Shown in pieces: positions 12,206 through 23,900 of a stretch of 45,702 nucleotides of DNA. The notes beneath the pieces are model-generated. The model saw only the letters and a program-made list of their open reading frames with translations. It was not told the origin of the DNA and ran no database searches. The position numbers were made by a program, and so were the translations under genes. Every line of letters begins with the position of its first letter. Position 1 is the first letter of the stretch. Where the stretch lies: positions 21,431,902 through 21,477,603 of the forward strand of contig NC_068981.1 in NCBI RefSeq assembly GCF_001194135.2, given 5' to 3'. This DNA comes from Octopus bimaculoides (Eukaryota).

Positions 12206-14334
12206 GTAACATGTAGCTGCTTATTACATCTAGGTCATAGATACACACTCTAGAAGACTTGCTTCACAAAAACATTTTAATATGCTGATGAGTCAGATTA
12301 AAACAATAATTTCTGCACTAGTTAGCATCTAAGCTAGAAACTACCAACTTAAGTCATACAGCACATCTTTATCATTTACACAATACATAGAAGATACAAC
12401 CAAAGAAATACTTAATTGTACAGTCCAGTCACTAATATACCCTTTGGTTCAGCCAATGAGGGAAGCTTCTACATGGCAACTAGAATAGCAGCCAATCTCC
12501 TTCAAATCACACCCTACCAATAAAAAAACTATGTTTTGGTCTCTGATGCACAGTGCTTAGGGAAAAAATAGGATAGTCGTGTTTGGAATTTCTTTCATTA
12601 TGGGTCTCCATTGGGGCTAAAACCAACAATATTTGGTCAAAATAATTCTCAATACTAGGAATGCCATGGCACCTATTTCACCCTCTCTATAATGCTATAC
12701 TCCTCCCTCTTTTATCCTTATCACCTTAGCTCTCTCTCACCATTTTACAATATATACATAAAGGACTTCATCAGACCTGCATGTACTCCATATACCCTAT
12801 CTATACTCCCCATTGGCTATTTGGTATCAACATACATCATTCACTTTCACCATTTATCCATGACTCTCATCCTTTAATTTTAGTGCCATAAAATAAACAA
12901 AATAAAATGCACCCAATACACTCTGTAAAGTGGCTGGTGTTAGGAAGGGCATCAAGCCATAGAAACCAAGCCAAGAGTGGTCCTTCAACCCATCTAGGTG
13001 ACAGGCAACAACTTATGCTAGCAAGGCAAACAGCGATAAAACAATGATGTTGATGATTTTACCAGCAATACAGCAAGTCTTGGTCCTCGCTAGTTCTGTA
13101 TATGGGCCTGCCATTTTTCAGTTGTCATAAACCACAGCAAATTATTAACCAACCAAAACAATGTTCACTAGCCCATAACAAGCCACATACATCACAACTA
13201 ACTACTGAACACAATCCTAAGTGTTGAATTTCTAACTCCATGGAGACATTACCTGCAGTTAGTCGTCACAACTTTGAATGTTCATGGTTATGACATGACT
13301 TGATAACCTTTCTCCATGATGGTCAGCTTTTCGCCGGAGTTTGTCAAGGGACATAATTCAATTATTTCAACTGGACAATACTATAAATGACTGATCAAAC
13401 CAGTTACAAATAAATACCAAAAGGCATACTGACAACATACCAGAACATTATAATATCATTCTTCAGTTGGTCATTTAGCTAACCCAAGTACAGATAAAAA
13501 AAAAAATTCCAAAATAATCAGTTTCCTGTGTTACCAGCCAGTAATAAATTTTTTGAAATCAAATCTATCATACACTGGCTGAAACTACATAGTAAGCCTC
13601 TGTCCAAGTGTTTGACCTGCTAGAAACAGCAACCAGATCCCACTCATATCATTCACTACCATCTTAAAAAAGGAAAGACACTTTGGACAATATATCCAAA
13701 GATGCATACTATATGAAAAAAGTGATCATAGCAGTAACATCGTTAATCATAAGTATAGTAGATCATGACTGACCTAGGGCTAAACAAACTATCATGGTAT
13801 CTACCTTCACTGTTAGAAAACACAAGAAACTGGACAATAAAGTAAACCGAATATATTCTATTTACCAAACTAGGTACTTTATTTAAGCAGATCTATGGTG
13901 TATTTGTGAGGCCTTCCCAAATATATGAATGGCTGCTTGGGCCTAAATGAAGGAATAAAATGTTGGGTGGGTTTTCTTCCTTAAAGAAACAGGGAACACA
14001 ACATCCAATACCTATTAATACCAAGGAGGGAAATGCTTAGCAGCTGAGTTAGTTTAAATTCCTTACTCTCTTAGTCTGACATTATACACAAAAATAAAAT
14101 ATTAATAGGGTTTCTTGATCAGGGTTGACCTGGAAATAAACAACAATGGCTTATTGTCCATCTTTACATTGGCGAGTTGCATAGATTATAAGGCTACAAC
14201 TGAATACTATCTTCATATAGTTTACCTGGGGCAAGCCAGCTTGGTGAATATCATCAATCTTCAAGTAATAACCACAGGAACTGAACTCATCATCGACCCT
14301 TGGACATTACTGTCCTGAGTCTGTAGATTCACAG

Positions 14335-14545
14335 GGATGGTTAACTGGTTTCCATAATGTATAAGCAACTGAGACCATAACATCCTCCCTCAATGGGATG
14401 CCTGGCCATAGCAGGGTTACTCATTTACAGCTGAGTGAACTAGAGCAACATAAATATTTTGCCCAAGAACACAAAAGCACAACCTGGTCCAGAAATTAAA
14501 ACCACAACTTTGCAATCCTGAGTATAACATCCTAACCACTAGGCC
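14335..14545 (-). mobile_element. Diverged tRNA-derived SINE
   Basis: The minus strand starts with GGCCTAGTGGTTAGG (A-box-like) and carries TGTGTTCTTGGGCAA and CACTCAGCTGTAAATGAG, as in the 33776 element. Confidence 0.5.
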
Positions 14546-16285
14546 ATGTGCTGGCACTAATTGAATTCAACACAACAAATAGACAAAACACTTGATATTT
14601 TTAGTGCAGTAACCTTTTACAGTAAGGCAGATTGCACTGAGTTATCTGAGAGTGAAACATTGTTGCTAAAGATACAGTACAGTGATTGATTGTTGGTTAC
14701 CTTATTGATTCAGCCATACAGCATATCATGATCAACAATAGGCTTGAATATACATACTGTGACAGAGCAGAACAGTTCATAAGAGTCCTCACTAACCAGC
14801 TCCTTACCTCACTTTCTTGAACTCAAATTACAGTGAATGCAACTGTCGTCTATCCCTTGAGGGTCAATAAAATTAATACTAATATATCGGAGGTAAACTA
14901 TAAGGAACTATACACTACCTTTATCTTTAGTGAAGATTACAGTATTGTTAATCTCAATCTTTAGAATAATCAGCTCAAAGTTTTTCAAAAATGGTGCTAT
15001 TTTCTATTTCCATATTCCTTTGACAATATTTTGGGTAAGTATCCATGTTTGGGCATTTCTATTTCACACTCTGTAAATATAAAGTATTGAACAACAATGA
15101 TTATCATTGAGACACTGTGAGGAAGCAGTGACTGGACTCCAGAATATTCAATGATACAATATCTATTTACCTGATATGACAGTCAATTTAACCAAAGTAA
15201 CTCTTGTCAAGTTCAAGAGAGTGCTTCTAAAAGCTGTAACTATAGAAAGTCTGAAATAGAGCATAAGTTAATAAAATACTCATCAAATATAAAATGTTTC
15301 CAATGCTTATATTGAACTACACTTCTCTATAGTACATTTGTTATGAAGTTTCTCATTGATTTCCAAAAGAAATATTCCAGTTGCTTAACTAATAGAACTA
15401 CCTATCTATTATAGGGTATTGCTTATGAGCTTGTAAAAAATGAACTATAGACAAGCACTTTTACTGCAGATTAGTTATTGAACTAGATGGCAGAAAGGGC
15501 ACTTCTGGTGAGGTGGGTAACAAAACCTGGGCTGTAGGGGTGAATCATTCTTTCTCACGTTTGTAAATGTTTGACATGCAATAAACAACAGCTCAATAAC
15601 TGTCATTATTTTATGTATAATTTAACTAAAGCTATGTTATTGTATAATAGTGCCAGTAACTAAGCATTCCAGGGACACTTGTACATTTAGCATAATTCTC
15701 AGGTCAAATCAGCATACTACATGTAACAACACTGAGCCTTGGAATCACACACATTGTTCATTTGACAAGCTTCCACAATATTTCCCCCTCTATAATTTCA
15801 CTGACAAGATTTTAGTCAATCCAAGATGACGGAAGAAGTTACTAGCTCAAGTTGCAACGAAGTTCAAACTTAGAACCTTGTGATTGTGAAGCAAACTTCT
15901 TAACCACACAGATATCTATTCACAGCTAGGTAGAATGGAACTGCAAGAATTACATTTTGGTGATGTAGGTGATGAAATGTAAATATATTAACGTTTCTAT
16001 CAGACACTTTGCCACAAAGAAAATATAACAAATTTAATGTCTAAATTAGAAGTCATTAATGATATTTAAACAGGGGACTAAACTTTTATTTTGTGTTACA
16101 AATCATTTGAATGTTATCTGAAGTAAAATGGATATTTTGTTTAGTTCAGTGACATTTTCACAGGCGTAACACATGGCTGTCAGCAATATCCTTTCTTCTT
16201 CTTCACAGAGGTAACTCAAACATGGATACTAAAACATCCTTATATCTTTAAAGTATAATGTTCTAAAAACTTCACTGTTAGATCT

Positions 16286-16329
16286 CAAAACAACAGAACA
16301 ACCAATGAAATTTTACTTGCCATTTTATT
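16286..16329 (-). terminator. Probable DDX1 polyadenylation signal with downstream GU-rich element
   Basis: Minus-strand AATAAA at 16329-16324, about 300 nt after the stop codon. It is followed about 20-40 nt later by TTGGTTGTTCTGTTGTTTTG (16305-16286), the canonical PAS plus DSE layout. Confidence 0.55.
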
Positions 16330-16625
16330 TATAATTAAAAAAAGAAAGCAATTTCTTTTTTTTTTTTCTTTTCTTCAAGACAATTTCAAAAGACAAACAT
16401 TTTTTTCAGAGTTATTCCACCGGTCAAGGTGGAAATAAAAAGTCAAAAAAGAAAAAAATGTCAAATAAAGCTCACATCACTTATATGAAAACAAAATTGT
16501 GAGAAAACTAAAACATAAAAGTTTTTTTTGGAAATGCCTGTTTAGTTATTGGGTTATCAATTCAGTTTCTTTTCAGTAGTTGAACAAAATGCACGTTGCA
16601 ACTTCTTTCTCCAGAAATTCTTCAT

Positions 16626-18821
16626 TCATCGACTTGCAAATTTCCTGTTATATTTCAAGTCAATAAAAGAGGTTTGTGCTCGTTTCTCCAATATTGCCAA
16701 TTCAGAAACTGTTGGAGCCAACTGAGCAACATGACCTCTGTACATTGACCCTGTATTTTTGCGCTTCTGTCCATAAGTGACTTTACCATCAAATTCAAAG
16801 ATTGGAATTTTCATGTCAGGTTGCACTTTATCAATTGTGATGTCCAAATGTTCTTGAATATCATTCAACAGTTTAGGTTCATCATACCAAATACAACAGC
16901 CACCTCTGTCAGTCAAATTGGTGTTATAGCATCCTTTACCACGAGTTGAACAGTTGGAATGGTACCAGACTTTCTCCTTTTTCACTGCAACCAGTGAAAC
17001 GGCCAAACCCATCCTTTCAGCACGACCAACACGACCAATACGGTGAATGTAGTTCTGTTTTTCATCAGGTAGAGTAACATTGATGACAAAAGGTAGACCA
17101 GTTACATCAATACCTCGAGCAGCTACATCAGTACAAATGAGAAATCGAACCTTCCTGTCTTTAAATTTTTGTAGATTAGCCTTACGCTCAGGAGGTTTTC
17201 GATCACTGTGAAGACAAACACAGGAATATTTACCTCTTCCCCGTTCCATTAAGTATTTCTCCATGTTATCACAATCCAACTTTGTTCGGCAGAAAATCAG
17301 TCCATGATCTATATTATGCTCATCAATGGCATTTATAGTGTATTCTCCTTTGAGGATTTTCACAGCTTCAGACATCATCTCAGGAGAAAATAGATTGCTG
17401 TGATTATCTTTATAATGAACACCATCAGTTTGAACATGGTGTTTCAGAGTTTTCCACTGAGTATCAACAGTTGGATCAATCTCACACACAACATGGTGCA
17501 CAGTCTCAGGGACAGAATCTTGACCCTTTAAATCAATCCAGGTGGGGAAATACATGATTCTCTCGGCCATTTTCTTCACATCAAATGAATGCAAAGTAGC
17601 AGAACAGACGACCATTTGTAAACGATTTCCATCATTAGTTACTTTTGGAATCTGTTGATGCAGACGGTTGATTAAATCTCCATAGCCTTGAGAGAGCAGA
17701 CCATCAGCTTCATCAAGCACAAAGAAACGCACTTGATGTAAAGCTAGCTTCCCAGTTGAAATCAAGTCGTCCATACGACCTGGCGTTCCTACGACAATAT
17801 CAATTCCTTGCTCCAACTTATCACATTGTTCTTTTGAACTAACACCTCCAATAATTAAAAGTTCTCGGATGTTAGGCTCTGCTAAATGTTTTTTGAACTT
17901 ACAAATTTGGGAAAAAGTTTGTTCAGCTAATTCCCTTGAAGGCTCAATAATGATAGCTTGGGGTGCATTAGGTGCAGGTTTGTGGGTATTTCCACCAGAC
18001 TCTATCTTGGAAACAAAAATAGCATCTTTCGGTGCTTTAAACAAAGAGGTCCAACTTTTATCTGGTGGATATTTAAAAGCATTTTCACCAAAATTTATAT
18101 CCATTTCTGCATTTTTCAAAACAAGAGCTGCAAAGAATTTCTCATTTCTTATTTGACCTGGAATATCATAAGCTTTACCAAGATCAATCCCATTTTTCGA
18201 CCATTTAATCAGTCCTTTCTCCAGATCTAAGTAACACCCAATAACATCGTTAATACCAAAAGATTCCCCATATGAATCAAACTGTCTGTTATGAGATTTC
18301 TTGCCGGTGCCACCAAACCCAAATCCATTTTTATCAGTACCAAGATCAAGGGTAGCTTTGTTTGTCGACCAACCCACACGACAAAGGCCCTCGTCTGTTA
18401 CAGTGGCTTCATAAAAATAACGTCCACTCTTGCCCAAAACAGCTTTGTTGGAGCGAACCCCGTGCCAGCCAGAGGGGTCTCTAGCCTGACATAAATGACC
18501 CTCGGGGTCAATAGCCATGGCATCGCTCCGGTCGAAGACGTTCATTTTCCAATTTTTTGATACATCAGCACTTTTTACTATAGTTTTGCCTTTACCTTTA
18601 CCTTCAGCTTGATCTTTCAAAGACTCTTGGACAATCTGTATGATGGGTAAACAGAAGGCTCCAGTCTTGCCGCTTCCAGTCTCGGCCGCCATCAGCACAT
18701 CTCCTCCTCCAAGAATCATTGGGATGGCTTCGGCTTGCACGTCTGTCGGTAACATCCAGTCCATCTCTTCAACAGCCTTGCCTAGTTCAGGCATTACTCC
18801 CATCTCTTCGAAAGCAGTCAT
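16626..18821 (-). CDS. DDX1: ATP-dependent RNA helicase DDX1 (DEAD-box with SPRY insertion), complete and intronless, 731 aa
   Basis: One uninterrupted ORF with Q motif (FEEMG...[10 protein letters not shown]), motif I AETGSGKT, a SPRY insertion between motifs I and Ia (diagnostic of DDX1), Ia PSRELAEQ, Ib [34 protein letters not shown] and [12 protein letters not shown]. The N-terminus [13 protein letters not shown] and C-terminal AQTSF resemble metazoan DDX1. Confidence 0.97.
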   Translation of the reverse strand: MTAFEEMGVMPELGKAVEEMDWMLPTDVQAEAIPMILGGGDVLMAAETGSGKTGAFCLPIIQIVQESLKDQAEGKGKGKTIVKSADVSKNWKMNVFDRSDAMAIDPEGHLCQARDPSGWHGVRSNKAVLGKSGRYFYEATVTDEGLCRVGWSTNKATLDLGTDKNGFGFGGTGKKSHNRQFDSYGESFGINDVIGCYLDLEKGLIKWSKNGIDLGKAYDIPGQIRNEKFFAALVLKNAEMDINFGENAFKYPPDKSWTSLFKAPKDAIFVSKIESGGNTHKPAPNAPQAIIIEPSRELAEQTFSQICKFKKHLAEPNIRELLIIGGVSSKEQCDKLEQGIDIVVGTPGRMDDLISTGKLALHQVRFFVLDEADGLLSQGYGDLINRLHQQIPKVTNDGNRLQMVVCSATLHSFDVKKMAERIMYFPTWIDLKGQDSVPETVHHVVCEIDPTVDTQWKTLKHHVQTDGVHYKDNHSNLFSPEMMSEAVKILKGEYTINAIDEHNIDHGLIFCRTKLDCDNMEKYLMERGRGKYSCVCLHSDRKPPERKANLQKFKDRKVRFLICTDVAARGIDVTGLPFVINVTLPDEKQNYIHRIGRVGRAERMGLAVSLVAVKKEKVWYHSNCSTRGKGCYNTNLTDRGGCCIWYDEPKLLNDIQEHLDITIDKVQPDMKIPIFEFDGKVTYGQKRKNTGSMYRGHVAQLAPTVSELAILEKRAQTSFIDLKYNRKFASR

Positions 18822-19264
18822 GATGCAATAATATCAATGTATCAACTACAATGATAACGTTCACACGACTCAGACAAACCACAATGTCTGAACAGGAAGA
18901 CGATAAAAATTCGACGTGCACAATAGTCACGCACAGAATATATTTTCACATGCTTACCGAAATATTTTTCTGAACGAAACTATTGGAGTCTCTTCTCAAT
19001 ATAACACTTCCTTCTATTTTTATATAGTTTTATTTTAGAATATTTAACTTATTTTTTATTTAAAATCATACGAGAAATGACCTTTGACATTAATTCAGTG
19101 CCCTATTAATATCCCAATTACTAACGTTGTCCCAAACATGAAAGCGTTATGTTCTTCACAATGTATAATATGAAGGAATTGGCTTTACTGGAATGACACG
19201 TCGTGTAATAATCGGAGACTTAGTAATGTTAAATTGTTGTTGTTGATAAAGTTGGAGGGCAACT
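18822..19264. promoter_or_regulatory. Putative bidirectional promoter and 5' UTRs shared by DDX1 and WDR59
   Basis: 443 bp separate two divergent start codons (18821 on minus, 19265 on plus). CpG density is locally raised on the DDX1 side. TSS positions cannot be seen. Confidence 0.65.
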
Positions 19265-19318
19265 ATGTCTATTAGGTGGAGTATTGAACAAAATGTCAAA
19301 GATCTTAAAGATCTTCAG
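19265..19318 (+). CDS. WDR59: WDR59 coding exon 1 (54 nt, [18 protein letters not shown])
   Basis: ATG at 19265, 18 codons, donor CAG|gtttgt. Resembles human MAARWSSENVVVEFRDSQ. Confidence 0.85.
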
Positions 19319-20716
19319 GTTTGTTAAAAACATGAAATATTTCGTTTAATATTTTGTCTGCAGTATCATTTGTCTTCCATTCACATCATCTTTTAAATAT
19401 TTATACATCTTCATGTTTAGCTAGCACGTATTTATGTATGTTTACATCGATAGGATAATGTCTGTATACATCAAAATGTATGTTCAACTCAGAAGGTTTA
19501 TTTGAAGAACATTCATGTAAAATCAGTACAGTTGCAATATAACAAATGTTTTATCTTGTGTTTATTTGTTAATGAAATAGTTAACTCCATTTATGCTCTT
19601 ATTACTGCCCGCACTAATACGAATCTAAGAGGGAACATCTGTACGGTTGCTAGAAATAGCAGCCAAGGCTCTCTCAAATCACTCCCCCTTGACTTTCAAA
19701 ATAGAAAGAAGACAAGTTAGGTATAGTTCTGATACATTATACTTTTAAAATGACAGGATAATAAAGGCTCCATGGCTTTTCATCATAGGTCTGTTGCATC
19801 GTGACTGCCTTGAGGCTATGCAACACCAATTACTCACTAACATCTGGTATTTACATTTCACTGTTGTTATGTGAGGAGAAATATGTCAATAGTTCGGGTT
19901 ACCTGAAAGATACGACTCCCCAATCTATATCTGTTAGACATGTAACAACTAACTACAAGTGTAATTAATTATCATATTACATTGTTGTTAATATAATAAG
20001 CCAGTATGGCTAATGCCATGACCTTTGTTGCTTGTGTGGTGCCGAACTATGTCTGCTTCAGTGACCCCCATCAATTCACAGGGGGTACAATTGGCATAAC
20101 TTGGCAATTGTACGTAGTAATAATGTAGATGACAACTTTATTTAAGGTTTTGAATAAACTGTTAATGTTTGTTTCATACAATTTTCTTTTACTGAACTAA
20201 TGTTAAGATCCATTTGAAGTAAAAGCCTTCATCACTAATCTGATCCAAACCTTGATATTTTAAATGTGCGTATTATATATGTATACATGTATATATATNN
20301 NNNNNNNNNNNNNNNNNNNNNNNNNNNNNNNNNNNNNNNNNNNNNNNNNNNNNNNNNNNNNNNNNNNNNNNNNNNNNNNNNNNNNNNNNNNNNNNNNNNN
20401 NNNNNNNNNNNNNNNNNNNNNNNNNNNNNNNNNNNNNNNNNNNNNNNNNNNNNNNNNNNNNNNNNNNNNNNNNNNNNNNNNNNNNNNNNNNNNNNNNNNN
20501 NNNNNNNNNNNNNNNNNNNNNNNNNNNNNNNNNNNNNNNNNNNNNNNNNNNNNNNNNNNNNNNNNNNNNNNNNNNNNNNNNNNNNNNNNNNNNNNNNNNN
20601 NNNNNNNNNNNNNNNNNNNNNNNNNNNNNNNNNNNNNNNNNNNNNNNNNNNNNNNNNNNNNNNNNNNNNNNNNNNNNNNNNNNNNNNNNNNNNNNNNNNN
20701 NNNNNNNNNNNNNNNN

Positions 20717-20773
<57 letters not shown>

Positions 20774-20923
20774 CATATATATATGTATACATGTGTGTAT
20801 ATATATATGTATGTATGTGTATATATATTTGTTTGTGTATATGTATATATGTGTGTATATATATATATATATACATGTGTGTGTATATATATATATATTT
20901 GTATATATATATGTATATATTTG

Positions 20924-20975
<52 letters not shown>

Positions 20976-23900
20976 CATTATCATCATCGTTTAATATCTC
21001 TATTTCCATACTTGCATGGCTCGGTCAGAATTTATTGAAGCAGATTTTGTACAGCCTGATGCCCTTCTTGTCACCAACCATCACCTATTTCCAAATAAGA
21101 CAATATTTCCCCATGCCCTGACACATTCTTCAGTAAAGACTGGAAACAAACAACATAGCTTGTATCACAATGATGCTCATTTACAATCATCACATGATGT
21201 CAAGACAAAGGTACACACACACACAGTCAGCTTCTCTCGATTTCCATCTACTGAATCTACTCACAAGGCTTTTGTTGACCCAGGGTTATAGTGAACGGTT
21301 CAGTGGTTAGGGCATTCAGCTAACTATCATAAGGTCATGAGTTCAATCCCCAGTGACGTGTTGTGTCCTTGAGAAGATACTTTATTTCATGTTGTTCCAG
21401 TCCTCTCAGCTAGCAAAAATGAGTAGTACCTGTAGTTCAAAGGGCAGCCATGTCATACTGAATCCCCTTAAAAACTACAGTAAGGGGATGCATGTCTGTG
21501 GAGTGCTCAGCCACTTGCCCAAAGTGTTGCCCAGTGGGACTAAGACTACATGATTGGGAAGCAAGTTTCTTACCCACATACGGGTATACTACTATAATCA
21601 TGATATATTCAGTTCGTAGTAAGTATAATAACAAATCCATTAAAATTGTTTGATGTTTTTTAAAACAGTTGTATGTTTATTTACAGGCCAGTACAATGGC
21701 TGTGGACTGTCTTGGTCAATGGGTTCTTCTTGGAGGGTAAGAATATTTTCGTCTTGGTTATCTCTGTTTCCTGTTCAAATTGTAGTTTTGTCTTTCTGAA
21801 TATCTTTCTTTTTTTTTTTCTTTTAAATTCAGGAAAAGAGCTTTAACGTTGATGAGTCTTGAAAACCATGATCATGTTCGAAAAATTGACCGGAACAGCA
21901 AATATGACATCAGCTGTGTCCAGTGGAATCCACATGCCGTTGCAGCTGAAAAGTTTGCTGTAGCTGTAAGTGAACTATAAAATAGAGTGCAAGCTAGCAT
22001 ATTTGATGTTGTAAACCAAGAAATTTTAACTGTTCTGAAAGTCTGTACTATATGTGTCTTGATTTTGTTGAAATCTAAATTGTTTTGCAAATACCATTTT
22101 TGGTATTGCACAACTGTTATATGAATACATAATCTATTATAACTCAATGTGTTAGTTTTTAATACTTCATTAAATATAAAACAAATATAATAAAAAGAAA
22201 AAAACTCATTGAACAATTAAGTCATATTACATTGTTGTGCTTTTTTTTCTTAATAAATGTGGGTAGGGAAAAATTTGCAGCTGGGTACAATATATTATGT
22301 GTACCTTTAATTTTAGTGTGGGTTGTGGGTGGAGAAACGGCCTATTCTACATTGAGTTTGTAAAGTTACACCTTAATGGTGAGCGCAAGTATCTTCATAG
22401 ACAAACTGCAGGGGAGACAACTCTGAATTTTTTTTTTTTATCAAAATGAAACGTGGGTTGTGAGTTTGATCTTCAGCAGTGCCATGACAACTCCAGACAT
22501 GTTTCATGCTTATTACATCTCATCAATGAAACTTTGTTTAATTGTTACTACTGGATTTTAGAACTACAGGTAAAATAAGACAAAATACTGAGTGGTGTTA
22601 AAGAATGGACATGGTTTGATGAAGAGCACAACTTGGGTAGATTTCAAAATATGACTATTTGTTATTGTATGTAAAATGCTCTGTGGTTTCAGTATTGAGA
22701 TAGTGATAAGCTGTTGGGCATGTAGTTGATGAGGTTGTGAGTTTAAAACGGACAACATGTATGAACAAAATCTCTTAAATTATCAAGTATTTAACCTTTG
22801 GGTGTTTTAGGTCTACTATTATCTGATGAAATTGTATGTCATCATCATTGTCTTAACTCTCTCAGACCTGAGCCCCTGTGTCTAACTTTACCCTCCATTT
22901 GGACTCCTGAGCAAAAAAATAAGCAGTTGCATATACGGCTCCAGAGTAATGATTGCAGGCAAACTAATAGGCAGAATCACAAAAAAATTTCAAGAGAATA
23001 ACAATAATAAGCCTTTCTCTCTACTGAACAAATCACAAAAATATTCATGAGAATAACAATAGGCTTATCCTCCAACTACCATATTTGTTCACTGGAATCA
23101 CTACTATCCTCATCACTTTCACCGGTGTGATTGTCCAAATTATTTTCTTTGCCAACATATGTGTAAACTCTTTGTCCAAAGAATAAATATAATAATTTCC
23201 TCAACTGCAAAGAGTCTAGGCCTTGCTCATTTACAAGACAAAGTATTGGATTCATCACAAAATCGTTTTTTTATTTGTTTTTTTTTGCCTTGAAGGTGAC
23301 TTGTAAAAAACACCACTTGAGCATGGCCATTGCCAGTGCCGCCTGACTGGCCCTCGTGCCGGTGGCACGTAAAAGCACCCACTACACTCTTGGAGTGATT
23401 GGCATTAGGAAGGGCATCCAGCTGTAGAAACACTGCCAGATCAGATTGGGGCCTGGTGCAGCCTCCTGGCTTCCCAGACCCCAGCCGAACCGTCCAACCC
23501 ATGCCAGCATGGAAAACGGACGTTAAACATTGATGATGATGAGTTGGTATAGAGGACATCATTAACCAAGACTCATAACAACACTTGACTACATAGCTGT
23601 AATGTGATCAGTTGTCTAAGTTTAGTATTTAATCTTTTTCTATGTGTGCTTTTCATTACTGTTTTAGCAAGAATCTGACAGAAAAGGCAACAATTAAAGT
23701 ATTCCTGCTGTAGTGGGAACATAGTGTGACAGGGTTAATGTCCACTTTTCCATGCTTGCTTGGATCAGACAGAATTCATTGAATCAGATTTTCTATGGTT
23801 GGTTGCCCTTCCTGTCACCCACCCTCACTTGCTTCCAAGCAAAGTAATATTTTCTCATGGCTGGACATATTTTTCATGGAAGATTAGAACCAAAAGACAT

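Noticed and set aside
14115-14318. Possible very old CR1/L2 RT fragment on the minus strand (QGS..., LYEDS)
   Set aside because: The similarity is too weak to call without a profile search.
16356-16367. A12 run on the minus strand as a retroposition poly(A) scar for DDX1
   Set aside because: It lies upstream of the AATAAA, has no PAS before it, and no TSD is visible.
17869-18831. Plus-strand ORFs antisense to DDX1
   Set aside because: They are short shadow ORFs of a real coding strand with no recognisable motifs.
20235-21038. Long ORFs of 167-250 aa rich in Y/I/X
   Set aside because: They are translations of a (TA)n/(TG)n microsatellite and an N gap.
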